This document shows, one piece after another, positions 35,048 through 44,341 of a stretch of DNA of 64,000 nucleotides. Within the stretch, counting starts at the first letter, position 1, and every line of letters begins with the position of its first letter. Below the pieces are notes generated by a model that was not told the DNA's origin, did not search any database, and saw only the letters and a program-made list of their open reading frames with translations. The translations under genes were made by a program, and so were the position numbers. This stretch comes from Parcubacteria group bacterium GW2011_GWC2_48_17 (GTDB lineage Bacteria > Patescibacteriota > Minisyncoccia > Phycocordibacterales > UBA10002), in assembly GCA_001003605.1 (NCBI GenBank), contig LCPL01000010.1, positions 1,528 through 65,527 of the forward strand, written 5' to 3'.

Positions 35048-36382
35048 ATGGAGAAACAGAATCACATCAAAAAAGGAAAAGGCGCGGCTCTGTGGGAAAA
35101 AGCGAAGCGGCTCATACCCGGCGGCAATCAGCTTCTCTCAAAGCGTTCCGAAATGTTTCTCCCTGGTCTGTGGCCCGCCTACTACGCAAAAGCAAAGGGA
35201 ATCGAGGTTACGGACCTTGATGGGCGGACATATCTGGATTTCTCAATCATGGGCATCGGCGCGTGCGCACTTGGTTACGCGAACAAGAAAGTCAACGCGG
35301 TGGTGAAGCGGGCTGTTGATAACGGTTCGCTCACTACGCTCAATGCCCCCGAAGAGGTAGAACTCGCGGAGTTACTCCTAAAGCTTCATCCGTGGGCGAA
35401 GAAGGTACGCTACGCACGTACCGGCGGAGAGGCAATGGCGATTGCCGTGCGAATCGCGCGCGCGCATAGCGGACGGTCTAAAATTGCTTTTTCGGGCTAT
35501 CACGGGTGGAGTGATTGGTATCTCGCGACTAACTTGGAAGACGCGAAGGGTTTGAACGAGCATTTACTTTCCGGTCTTGAACCTGCCGGTGTTCCCTCCG
35601 AACTCCGTGGCACCGTGTTGCCGTTCGCGTACAATCGAATCGAGGAGCTTGAAGCGCTTCTTTCGCGCCATAAAGATATTGGCACGATTGTGGTTGAGAC
35701 GGTGCGTCACCACGAACCCGAAAGAGGCTTTTTGGAGAAGGTTCGCGCGCTCGCGACCAAGGCGGGCGCGGTACTCATCTTTGACGAAATAACTGTCGGT
35801 TGGCGAATAACTCTCGGCGGAGCGCACCTTCACTACGGCGTCTATCCCGACATCGCCGTACTCGGCAAGGCAATCGCGAACGGGTACGCGATGGCGGCCA
35901 TCATCGGAAGAGAGGGCGTGATGGATTCGGTGCAAAAGACCTTCATCAGCAGTACGTTTTGGACGGAACGGATTGGGCCCGTTGCGGCAATCGCGACCAT
36001 CAAAGAGATGAAACGGGTCAATCTGCCCGCGTATCTCAAGCGCGTTGGAACGCTTATCGGCGAGGGCTGGAGGCAAGCGGCAGAAAGACACTGGCTAAAG
36101 ATACGCGTACACGGGCCGGAAGCGCTCGTCGGATTCGCGTTCGATTATGGCGAGAAAAGCCAGGCGATACGGACGCTATTCACCCAAGAGATGCTCCGCA
36201 GGGGATTTCTCGCTTCGGGAAGCGTTTATATGAGCCACGCACACACAGAAAAGAACATAAAGAAATATCTTAGCGCTGTCAATGAAGTCTTCGCCCTGCT
36301 TGCCGAGGCGATAGAAAAAGACACCGTTGCCTCACTGCTTCAAGGGCCGGTGGCGCATAGCGGCTTTCAGAGATTGACATAA
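35048..36382 (+). CDS. Class III PLP aminotransferase (GSA-aminomutase-like, glycan-locus type)
   Basis: IPGGNQLLSKR, TGGEA, GYHGW, IFDEI, LGKAIANG, SSTF. Confidence 0.88.
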   Translation: MEKQNHIKKGKGAALWEKAKRLIPGGNQLLSKRSEMFLPGLWPAYYAKAKGIEVTDLDGRTYLDFSIMGIGACALGYANKKVNAVVKRAVDNGSLTTLNAPEEVELAELLLKLHPWAKKVRYARTGGEAMAIAVRIARAHSGRSKIAFSGYHGWSDWYLATNLEDAKGLNEHLLSGLEPAGVPSELRGTVLPFAYNRIEELEALLSRHKDIGTIVVETVRHHEPERGFLEKVRALATKAGAVLIFDEITVGWRITLGGAHLHYGVYPDIAVLGKAIANGYAMAAIIGREGVMDSVQKTFISSTFWTERIGPVAAIATIKEMKRVNLPAYLKRVGTLIGEGWRQAAERHWLKIRVHGPEALVGFAFDYGEKSQAIRTLFTQEMLRRGFLASGSVYMSHAHTEKNIKKYLSAVNEVFALLAEAIEKDTVASLLQGPVAHSGFQRLT

Positions 36383-36386
36383 TGCT

Positions 36387-37373
36387 ATGCCACACAAAAC
36401 ACTAACATTTTTGCAGATAGGACTCGGCTCAATGGGGAAGCGGCGCATCCGCAATCTCATTTCCGCTGGCGAGAAAAATATCATCGGCTTTGACCTCTCG
36501 CCAGAGAGAAGGAGGGAGGCGGGAAAAACCTATCACATCAAAACCGTTCCCGACATCGCGAAACTCTCTCCAGATATGTTTGACGCGATGATTATTTCCA
36601 CTCCGCCCGATAAACACGGCGACTACATACGATTTGCCATACGGCACCGAAAGCATTTTTATACCGAAGTTAGCACAACCGACGACGGTTACGCGGAGAT
36701 TTTCTCCGCCAAGAAAGGCCTTGTGATGGCGCCTTCAAGCACCTTTCTTCATTTTTCTCCTATAAAGATGATGAAAGAATTTGTTAAGCAGGGAAAAATC
36801 GGCAAGATACTTTTGTTCGATTATCATGTTGGACAGTATCTTCCGACCTTCCATCCATGGGAGGATTATCGCAAGATTTATATTTCGAAAAAGGATACCG
36901 GCTCCTGCAGAACGCTTTTTCTTTTTGAGTGCGTGTGGCTTAACTTCCTCGTCGGCTCAACCATGTCGGATATTTCCGGAATGACAGGAAAAGTGTCAGA
37001 CCTTGAAATGACTGCGGACGATTTTCTATCAGCGAGCGTGCGGTATAAGAATAACGTGCGTGGAACGATACAGATTGAACTTCTCTCTCGAAAGCCCGGC
37101 CGTTCATTGTGGCTTATCGGGTCCGAGGGAATCATTGAATGGGATTGGCTTTCCTCAAAGATTCGCGTCCACGACGCTAATGGAAAGACAAAAACCATTT
37201 CGGTTCCTAAGGGCAATCCTGCCAAGGGGTATTTGGCCGCGGAAGAAATGTATAACGTCGAAATCAAATCGTTCGTTGACGCTATCCGCGGCAAGGCGGA
37301 CTACCCTTTTACTTTTAGGGAAGATTTGGCGAACATGAAGATGCTTGAGAGGCTGGAGGCAAACAATCGCTAA
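36387..37373 (+). CDS. Gfo/Idh/MocA oxidoreductase
   Basis: IGLGSMGKRR, ISTPPDKH, GQYLPTFHPWEDYR. Confidence 0.85.
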   Translation: MPHKTLTFLQIGLGSMGKRRIRNLISAGEKNIIGFDLSPERRREAGKTYHIKTVPDIAKLSPDMFDAMIISTPPDKHGDYIRFAIRHRKHFYTEVSTTDDGYAEIFSAKKGLVMAPSSTFLHFSPIKMMKEFVKQGKIGKILLFDYHVGQYLPTFHPWEDYRKIYISKKDTGSCRTLFLFECVWLNFLVGSTMSDISGMTGKVSDLEMTADDFLSASVRYKNNVRGTIQIELLSRKPGRSLWLIGSEGIIEWDWLSSKIRVHDANGKTKTISVPKGNPAKGYLAAEEMYNVEIKSFVDAIRGKADYPFTFREDLANMKMLERLEANNR

Positions 37374-37442
37374 AGACGGGCAATCTTTCCACCCAAACGG
37401 TTATAATGCATACTACCTCCTACGCTAAGCTTTTTGCGCTGT

Positions 37443-38918
37443 ATGCTTTTTACCTCTACCCAATTTTTCATATTCTTTCCCGTAGTTACGGCTCTCTATT
37501 TTCTCCTGCCGCACCGTTTTCGCTGGCTTCTTCTTCTCACGGCGAGCTCTCTTTTCTACATGGCCTTTATACCGAAATATATCCTAATTTTATTCTTCAC
37601 TATCATTGTTGATTACATCGCAGGAATACAAATTGAGGCCGCGACTGGAAGAAAGCGCAAATTGTATCTCATCCTAAGTCTAATCGCCAACCTGGGCGTT
37701 CTCGCTATCTTCAAATACTACAATTTCTTTCTTGGCAACCTAAACGACTTCGCGCAGCTTATCCACTGGAACTATTCTCTGTCTCTCCTCAACATCATTC
37801 TTCCTCTCGGCCTCTCCTTCCACACCTTTCAAGCAATGAGCTACACGATTGAGGTCTTTCGCGGAAACTACAGAGCCGAGCGTCATTTCGGCATCTACGC
37901 CCTCTACGTCATGTTCTATCCGCAACTCGTGGCGGGTCCCATCGAGCGGCCGCAAAATCTATTGCCCCAATTTCGCGAAGAGCACGCGTTTGTCTACTCG
38001 CGAGTCATAGATGGCCTTAAGCTCATGCTCATGGGTTTTTTCAAGAAACTTGTGATTGCCGACCAAGCCGCTTTCATAGTGGATTCGGTTTATAGTCATC
38101 CGGGCGACTATACCGGCCTCCCGCTCATTATCGCGACAGTTTTTTTCGCTTTTCAGATTTTCTGCGATTTTTCCGGATATACGGACATTGCCCGCGGAGC
38201 GGCTAGAGTGATGGGCTTTCGCCTTCGGGAAAACTTCAACCAGCCGTATTTTGCTACCTCGGTCGCTGACTTCTGGAGAAGGTGGCATATGTCGCTTTCC
38301 ACGTGGTTTCGCGACTACCTCTATTTTTCGCTTGGCGGCAATCGGGTGAGCAAGCTACGATGGTATTTCAACATTTTACTCGTCTTTCTTTTAAGCGGCC
38401 TTTGGCATGGAGCGAACTGGACGTTTGTCATATGGGGAGCGCTTCACGGAACATATATCGTACTGTCAAAAATTACCACATGGTGGCGGGAGAGCGCGGC
38501 GCGGTTTATTCGTCTTGACCGCTTCCCGCGTGTTCGCAAATTGGCTCAAATCTTCATAACGTTTTTTCTCGTTGCGGTCGGCTGGGTATTTTTTCGCTCG
38601 CGCGACCTTAGCGAGGCGCTCTACATACTCAAGCACGCACTCTCCGGCCTATGGAGCCAGCTTAGCTCGCTCGAGTATCTTCGCTATGAGCTTCTTGTCG
38701 AGACAACACTAGGCGTAAGCAAGTCAACGCTACTTGTTCTCATCGCTTCTATCGTACTCATGCTCGGCATTTACTGGAGCCGCGAGCGGCCGTGGTGGAA
38801 GCGCCTGCTCGCGCTAAAGCCCACGGCGCTTCGGTGGTCTCTCTACTACGCATTCATTCTCTGGCTGCTCCTCTTCGGCGTCTTTACAGAGCAAAACTTT
38901 ATTTATTTCCAATTTTAG
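37443..38918 (+). CDS. MBOAT O-acyltransferase (AlgI/DltB-like)
   Basis: LPLGLSFHTFQ, PQLVAGPIER, DFSGYTD, FWRRWHMSLS, SGLWHGA. Confidence 0.93.
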   Translation: MLFTSTQFFIFFPVVTALYFLLPHRFRWLLLLTASSLFYMAFIPKYILILFFTIIVDYIAGIQIEAATGRKRKLYLILSLIANLGVLAIFKYYNFFLGNLNDFAQLIHWNYSLSLLNIILPLGLSFHTFQAMSYTIEVFRGNYRAERHFGIYALYVMFYPQLVAGPIERPQNLLPQFREEHAFVYSRVIDGLKLMLMGFFKKLVIADQAAFIVDSVYSHPGDYTGLPLIIATVFFAFQIFCDFSGYTDIARGAARVMGFRLRENFNQPYFATSVADFWRRWHMSLSTWFRDYLYFSLGGNRVSKLRWYFNILLVFLLSGLWHGANWTFVIWGALHGTYIVLSKITTWWRESAARFIRLDRFPRVRKLAQIFITFFLVAVGWVFFRSRDLSEALYILKHALSGLWSQLSSLEYLRYELLVETTLGVSKSTLLVLIASIVLMLGIYWSRERPWWKRLLALKPTALRWSLYYAFILWLLLFGVFTEQNFIYFQF

Positions 38919-38924
38919 ACGACT

Positions 38925-40091
38925 ATGGTAACTCACAATACATCACAGCGAAACGATGTCATCCTATTCGCCCAGCGAATAGGTCTCTTCATCCTTCCAC
39001 TCGTGCTTCTTCTTGCTTTTCCCGTGTACGTGTTCGTAAAGTCCGGGGAAGGCATGAGCACAAAATCAGTCATCGCCGCCCAGATAAGTGGAAAATCGCC
39101 AATTTTATTCGGCGCAGCTTACGGCAATAGCACATCATATTACAAACTGCGCTATCTCTACGAGTTGAATCCTGACGTCATAGCACTCGGCACTTCCCGC
39201 GCCTTGCAATTTCGTTCAGGCTTTTTTACCCCAGATACGCGGTTTCTAAACGCTGGCGGCAGCATCAGCAGAATCGAGCAGTTTCGAGAGTTCTTGGATA
39301 AAATTCCGAGAGGGAAAGAACCCAGCATCATACTCATCGGCCTTGACCAGAATTTCTTTGACCCCTCCTGGCGCGGTAGGACGCCTGTCGGCATAGATGA
39401 GCTTTCGGTATTTGACTCGCCCGCAAGCGTCTTTTTGAATAGCTGGACCAAGATTTATCGAGACTATTATCGGCGTAAGTTCACCTTTTCCGACCTTGAT
39501 GACGGAAGTAGGGATAGGCGCGCAATAGGACTAAACGCGCGCAGAAACGGTAATGGTTTTCGGAATGACGGCAGTTACCGATATGGGTATTTTCTGGACC
39601 ACTTTGATGCTCGGGAAGCCGTCCTTGCGGAAATTCGTAATTTTGACCGCGCCCAGACGACCGACCCGCACCTGCAGAAAGCACCGGGAGCGCTCGATGA
39701 AGCTTCCATCAAGGAAATCGAATCGTTTCTTCAGTTATCCGCGGAGCGAAACATTCACATAGTCGGTTTTTTACCGCCCTACCCGCCGTCTGTCTATGCT
39801 GGCCTCCTTGAAGATATGGAAGACTATCCGTACATCTTCACCATCTTTGACCGCCTACGGCCGCTCTTTGCCGCTCGCGGTTTCAGTTTCTATGATTTTT
39901 CGGATAGCGCGGCCTTTTGGTCGAATGACGCCGAAATGATAGACCTCATCCACGGTTCGGAAAAGACCTACACAAGATTATTTTTGAAGATGGTGGCGAC
40001 TGATTCGAAGCTCGCCTCGTACGCCGCCGTTTCAGATATTGAAAGGCGCTTAAAAACCGCAACAAGCACCTTCGCGCTTTTTCCCGATTGA
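38925..40091 (+). CDS. MBOAT partner, SGNH/DltD-like membrane-anchored protein
   Basis: N-terminal TM, LGTSR, late DLIH motif; adjacent to the MBOAT gene. Confidence 0.6.
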   Translation: MVTHNTSQRNDVILFAQRIGLFILPLVLLLAFPVYVFVKSGEGMSTKSVIAAQISGKSPILFGAAYGNSTSYYKLRYLYELNPDVIALGTSRALQFRSGFFTPDTRFLNAGGSISRIEQFREFLDKIPRGKEPSIILIGLDQNFFDPSWRGRTPVGIDELSVFDSPASVFLNSWTKIYRDYYRRKFTFSDLDDGSRDRRAIGLNARRNGNGFRNDGSYRYGYFLDHFDAREAVLAEIRNFDRAQTTDPHLQKAPGALDEASIKEIESFLQLSAERNIHIVGFLPPYPPSVYAGLLEDMEDYPYIFTIFDRLRPLFAARGFSFYDFSDSAAFWSNDAEMIDLIHGSEKTYTRLFLKMVATDSKLASYAAVSDIERRLKTATSTFALFPD

Positions 40092-40101
40092 TTCCATCTC
40101 T

Positions 40102-40122
40102 TTCCAAGAGTCTGACTCTTAC
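40102..40122. repeat. REP-like repeat TTCCAAGAGTCTGACTCTTAC
   Basis: Identical to 43329-43349. Confidence 0.8.
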
Positions 40123-40205
40123 AGCGTTAGGCAGTATGTGAAGTATTTTCAAGCGTCGTCTTTTGCTGTAGTGTATACGAGTTCTAGCCATCACGTTCAT
40201 CAACC

Positions 40206-40889
40206 ATGAAATGCTCGCTCTCCGTCGTTATTCCGAGCCATAACGAATCCGATAATCTAAAACGCCTTATTCCAGAACTTACGAAGGCGCTCTCTGTTTT
40301 GGGCGATGAGTACGAGGTCATCGTCGTGGACAACGCTTCAACTGATGACACAAAAAGCACACTGGAAGCGCTCACGAAGCAGTTCCCGCGCGTAAAAAGC
40401 GTATATGAGCCTGAAAAAGGTTTTGGCCGAGCACTCCTCCGAGGGCTTCGAGAAGGAAACGGCGAGGTGCTCGGGTATATTCATGCCGATAATCAGATGA
40501 GTCCGACAGAAATCATTCGCATCTATCAAAAGCTCGTTTCGGACAATTTAGACGTGTGCAAAGCAACGCGCGAGAATCGCAGCGACGGCGTTACCCGTTT
40601 TATCATCAGCAAGGTTTACAATGCGTTATTCCGCATCATGTTTCGGGTAACTATGAAAGACATAAACGGCAGTCCGAAACTCTTCACCAAGAAATTTTTT
40701 GATACTGCACGCATTGAATCGCTTGACTGGTTCATTGACCCTGAAATCATTATCAAGGCAAAAAGAATGGACGCGAAGCTGGGAGAGCTTCCGATAGTAA
40801 CCTTCCCTAGAAAAGCAGGAGTGTCTCAAGTCCGCGTGGCGACGGTTTTTGAATTTATAAGGAACATGCTCTATCATTGGAAACGATAA
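40206..40889 (+). CDS. GT2 glycosyltransferase (DPM1-like)
   Basis: VIPSHNE, VDNASTD, HADNQ, DINGSPK. Confidence 0.88.
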   Translation: MKCSLSVVIPSHNESDNLKRLIPELTKALSVLGDEYEVIVVDNASTDDTKSTLEALTKQFPRVKSVYEPEKGFGRALLRGLREGNGEVLGYIHADNQMSPTEIIRIYQKLVSDNLDVCKATRENRSDGVTRFIISKVYNALFRIMFRVTMKDINGSPKLFTKKFFDTARIESLDWFIDPEIIIKAKRMDAKLGELPIVTFPRKAGVSQVRVATVFEFIRNMLYHWKR

Positions 40890-40893
40890 CACA

Positions 40894-41889
40894 ATGGCAA
40901 AACGCATAAAAACCTTCTGGAAGGGAAGGCGAGCGCTTATTACCGGCGCCAACGGTTTCCTTGCCGGCTGGGTGGTGAAGGACTTACTCGAAAGGGGAGC
41001 CTCGGTCGCGGCGCTTATCTATCAGAAGAATCCGGTGTCTATCTTTGAAACCGAAGGGCTGAATAAATTATGCGAGGTCATTTACAGCGACATTCTGGAT
41101 TTTCAATCAATGAAGCGGATACTTTTAAACCACCGCATAGAAACCGTGTTTCATCTCGGAGCGCAGGCCATCTGCAAAACCGCGCTTGCCGACCCCATCG
41201 GGACGCTTGACGCCAATATTCGCGGAACCGCGAGCATTCTGGAAGCGGTGCGGGTAACCAATCCCAAAATAGAAATTATCGTGGCATCGTCGGACAAGGC
41301 CTACGGCATCCACAAAAAACTTCCGTACCTTGAGACATTTCCGCTTCACGGTGAATTTCCCTATGAAGTGTCCAAGAGTTGCGCCGACCTTATCAGCCAG
41401 ATGTATTTCAAGACCTACGGCATTCCTATCGCGATTGTTCGGTGCGGTAATCTCTATGGCGGAGGAGATTCGCATTTTTCCCGCATCTTTCCAAGAACAA
41501 TTTATCGCGTTTCAAGAGGCTTGCGCCCGGTTATCGTAAGCGGCAGCGTTCGCGATTATTTGTATGTAGAGGACGCGGCCGAAGGGTATCGCCTCATCGC
41601 CGAAAACATGGCGAGACTCAAAGGGGAAGCCTTTAACATCGGATGTGCGAAACCGGTATCTAGCGCCGAGGTTATCAAGCTCATTTTATCCGCGATGCAA
41701 AAATCCCGCGTAAAGCCCATTTATTCAAAAAATAAGTCAGACGAAATACAAAGCCAGTATCTCTCGAGCGCGAAGCTCAAGAGGGCAGTCGGCTGGAAGC
41801 CAAAAGTAAATCTAGCTGAAGGAATAAGACGCACCGTTTCGTGGTATCAAGAATTTCTTAAGAAGAATCGCGTTCGGATTACGGACTAA
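40894..41889 (+). CDS. NDP-sugar dehydratase/epimerase (CDP-glucose 4,6-dehydratase-like)
   Basis: FWKGRRALITGANGF, ASSDKAYG, YEVSK, RCGNLYGGGD. Confidence 0.85.
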   Translation: MAKRIKTFWKGRRALITGANGFLAGWVVKDLLERGASVAALIYQKNPVSIFETEGLNKLCEVIYSDILDFQSMKRILLNHRIETVFHLGAQAICKTALADPIGTLDANIRGTASILEAVRVTNPKIEIIVASSDKAYGIHKKLPYLETFPLHGEFPYEVSKSCADLISQMYFKTYGIPIAIVRCGNLYGGGDSHFSRIFPRTIYRVSRGLRPVIVSGSVRDYLYVEDAAEGYRLIAENMARLKGEAFNIGCAKPVSSAEVIKLILSAMQKSRVKPIYSKNKSDEIQSQYLSSAKLKRAVGWKPKVNLAEGIRRTVSWYQEFLKKNRVRITD

Positions 41890-41910
41890 ATCTGTCAAAC
41901 GTCTTGTATT

Positions 41911-41950
41911 AAAAAAAGATAGCCTGCTTCCGCGCGCGGAAGCAGGCTAT
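41911..41950 (-). terminator. 32-bp perfect palindrome acting as terminator for the minus-strand gene
   Basis: ATAGCCTGCTTCCGCG|CGCGGAAGCAGGCTAT with an A7 run on the + side. Confidence 0.75.
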
Positions 41951-41954
41951 TGCG

Positions 41955-42516
41955 TCACAGTCTTAGGAGTTCCGCCAGAAACTTCCAGACGACTTTCACC
42001 ATGGTCCGGTGATGACCGATGGTGTTCCTCGGCAGTTCCCCAAAGGGAAAAAATTCTCCGCCAGGAAGGTTCTTACCGTTGGACACGATGATGTGAATGA
42101 GTGCTATCTCATGACCCCGCCTGCATTTGTACTGACTACCGCCTTTGGGGAATTCGCTAATTCCTACGAATTGTAAAAGGCTAAAGTCGCCCCTGCCTCT
42201 GACTTCTTCTCCTACGAGTCGTAGGTACGCGGTCTGAATCCGTTCATTTTGCTGGATAATTGTTCCCGGCATACCCCATTCGTTCGGCCAAAACGGGTCA
42301 TTCTCACCGCGCTGGGTCAGGAAGATTTCCCAGTCCCGGCCACCACTTTCGTTGCGTCGGACAAGAGCGAGCTCAAACGCAACATGTGGCAAGTTTTCCA
42401 CCCACCCGTCAAATACCGGACGGGGAAGCGGGGAACCTCGCTCTGTTAAGGAGCTCTCCGAGGGTCATAGCCTCGGCCTCTGACAGACCCTTTTTCGGGG
42501 CCTTTTTTCTTTTCAT
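41955..42516 (-). pseudogene. NUDIX-like gene interrupted by a +1 frameshift near 42430-42433
   Basis: RBS-led ATG 42516 stops after 35 codons; deleting one C joins it to ...RFPLPRPVFDGWVENLPH...WGMPGTII..ERIQTAYLRLVGEEV. Confidence 0.65.
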
Positions 42517-42517
42517 T

Positions 42518-42590
42518 GTGCTATCCTTTCAATTGATGTTTGAGTTTCGGAAACGGCACATACTGTAGCATGTACATCCTGCAGTGTCAA
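42518..42590 (-). promoter_or_regulatory. Sigma70 promoter TTGACA-N17-TACAGT plus GAAAGGATAGCAC RBS motif
   Basis: -35 at 42585-42590, -10 at 42562-42567, motif at 42518-42530. Confidence 0.65.
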
Positions 42591-42624
42591 ATTAGACCAC
42601 ATCGAAAAAAGTAAATGCTATACT

Positions 42625-43293
42625 ATGAAAATGGTAAAAACTGGCGGGGAGAATTTCCAAGAATGGCTTGAGGTGGTGGACGCGGTATATTCCGGAAACG
42701 GAGCTTCGCGCGAAGCAATATTCGTACACGGCTGGCCCGACCTTATCAAAGAGACCATGGCATTTGTCGCGAAGCTCTACCTTGAGAGCGACCGTCCAAA
42801 GGTGGTCTTAAACGGACTTGCCACATACGGCGTCGGCGCTCCCGGCGTTTCAAAGTGCCGCGACCTGCTACTAGAGCACGGAGTCGTCGCTTCGGACATA
42901 CACGAAATTCCGGATGCGAAGTACACGCACGCTGAAGCGGATGAGTTTATGAAATTCGCGGCGTCGCGCGCCCTCTCTTCGGCAACCATTGTGAGCGTCC
43001 CGCAACATCTTCTGCGTGCGTTTCTTACCGACTTTGCCGTCATGAAAACGGCTGGACTCACGCTCTCGCTCTATCCACGCATCGTGCCGCGGGAGTCGTT
43101 CGGCTGGCAGGAGATGTACGAGTTCATGCCGCTCCTAAAAAAAGAGCCCGAGCGCGCGACGAGGCTTGCCCGTTTTGCCACCGAGTGCGTCCGCGTTCTT
43201 GAGTACCGAGCGCGCATGGAAGCTGGTGAGAAAGGATATGACATCGCCAGCATTTCCGAGGCGCATAAGTATCTGCATCGGCATAAAAGATAA
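42625..43293 (+). CDS. Hypothetical protein, possibly YdcF/DUF218-like (start may be 42631)
   Basis: LLEHGV..YTHAEA..IVSVPQHLLRAF pattern. Confidence 0.55.
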   Translation: MKMVKTGGENFQEWLEVVDAVYSGNGASREAIFVHGWPDLIKETMAFVAKLYLESDRPKVVLNGLATYGVGAPGVSKCRDLLLEHGVVASDIHEIPDAKYTHAEADEFMKFAASRALSSATIVSVPQHLLRAFLTDFAVMKTAGLTLSLYPRIVPRESFGWQEMYEFMPLLKKEPERATRLARFATECVRVLEYRARMEAGEKGYDIASISEAHKYLHRHKR

Positions 43294-43300
43294 TCTATCT

Positions 43301-43349
43301 TTCCAAGAGTCAGACTCTTGGGACAGCCTTCCAAGAGTCTGACTCTTAC
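43301..43349. repeat. Tandem pair of AAGAGTC(A/T)GACTCTT REP-like palindromes
   Basis: CCAAGAGTCAGACTCTTGG followed by TTCCAAGAGTCTGACTCTTAC. Confidence 0.85.
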
Positions 43350-43357
43350 CGACGGCC

Positions 43358-44311
43358 ATGACATTATCTTCAAAACTAGACGGTCCCGTACTTATAACCG
43401 GAGCAAGCGGCTTTGTCGGCTCTCACGTTGTCCGGAAGCTTGTATCCGACGGCGCGCGCGTCCATGCGCTGGTGCGGAAGACCTCCAACCTTTGGAGGAT
43501 TCAAGATATCCTTCATGACATTACATTGGAGTACGCAGACCTCGCGGACTCGGAATCAATTGCACAGGCCATCACCAAGGTCAAACCAAAAGGGATTTTT
43601 CACCTCGGAGTTTCAAATGTCGTGAGCGGCCTTGGCGCGAAAAACGAAACGATTATTCAAACGAATGCCTTGGGCACTGTCGCGCTTCTCGACGCGGCTT
43701 CGGCGGCAAGCTTCGACTTCTTCGTTATGACGGGAAGTTTTCTTGAGTATGGATTCAAAGACCATCCCGTACGGGAAGACGAGCTCTGTGAGCCGGGAGA
43801 GCTCTACGGAGTAAGCAAACTTGCCGGCACGCTCTACGGCGCCGCGCTCGGCCGCTCCCAAAAGAAGCCAATTGTGGCGCTTCGATTATTCACTCCCTAC
43901 GGACCGTTCAACGAACCGCAGCGGCTGACGCACCAGGTGATTGCTTCGGCGCTTCACGTCGCTCCGATTGCCTTGACCTCGCCGACCATCTCGCGGGATT
44001 TTATTTTTGTAGATGACGCAGTCGAGCTTATCTTAGAAGCTTCGCAAAAGGCGGGCGAGTACCGCGGCGAAATCTTTAACGCCGGCTCCGGCGTTCGAAC
44101 GCCAATTGGAGACGCCGTGTCGTACATTCTTGAACAAACTTCTTCAAAAAGCGAAGTGAAATGGGGAAGTTTCCGCTCTGTTTCCTACGACAGCGATACT
44201 TGGCAGGCGGACATGACGAAGACATTTTCGCATTTCTCATGGCGGCCAAAGTATTCGCTTCACGAAGGACTTGATAAAACCATAGAACATTTTAGAAAGT
44301 ATGGTTGTTAG
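43358..44311 (+). CDS. NAD-dependent epimerase/dehydratase
   Basis: ITGASGFVG, YGVSK, RLFTPYGP, RDFIFVDD. Confidence 0.88.
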   Translation: MTLSSKLDGPVLITGASGFVGSHVVRKLVSDGARVHALVRKTSNLWRIQDILHDITLEYADLADSESIAQAITKVKPKGIFHLGVSNVVSGLGAKNETIIQTNALGTVALLDAASAASFDFFVMTGSFLEYGFKDHPVREDELCEPGELYGVSKLAGTLYGAALGRSQKKPIVALRLFTPYGPFNEPQRLTHQVIASALHVAPIALTSPTISRDFIFVDDAVELILEASQKAGEYRGEIFNAGSGVRTPIGDAVSYILEQTSSKSEVKWGSFRSVSYDSDTWQADMTKTFSHFSWRPKYSLHEGLDKTIEHFRKYGC

Positions 44312-44341
44312 TGGCGCATACGTTTGTTATGCTGAACCCTG

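Noticed and set aside
35048-36382. hemL (tetrapyrrole synthesis)
   Set aside because: Context between neuA and an oxidoreductase, with no hem genes nearby, favours a sugar aminotransferase.
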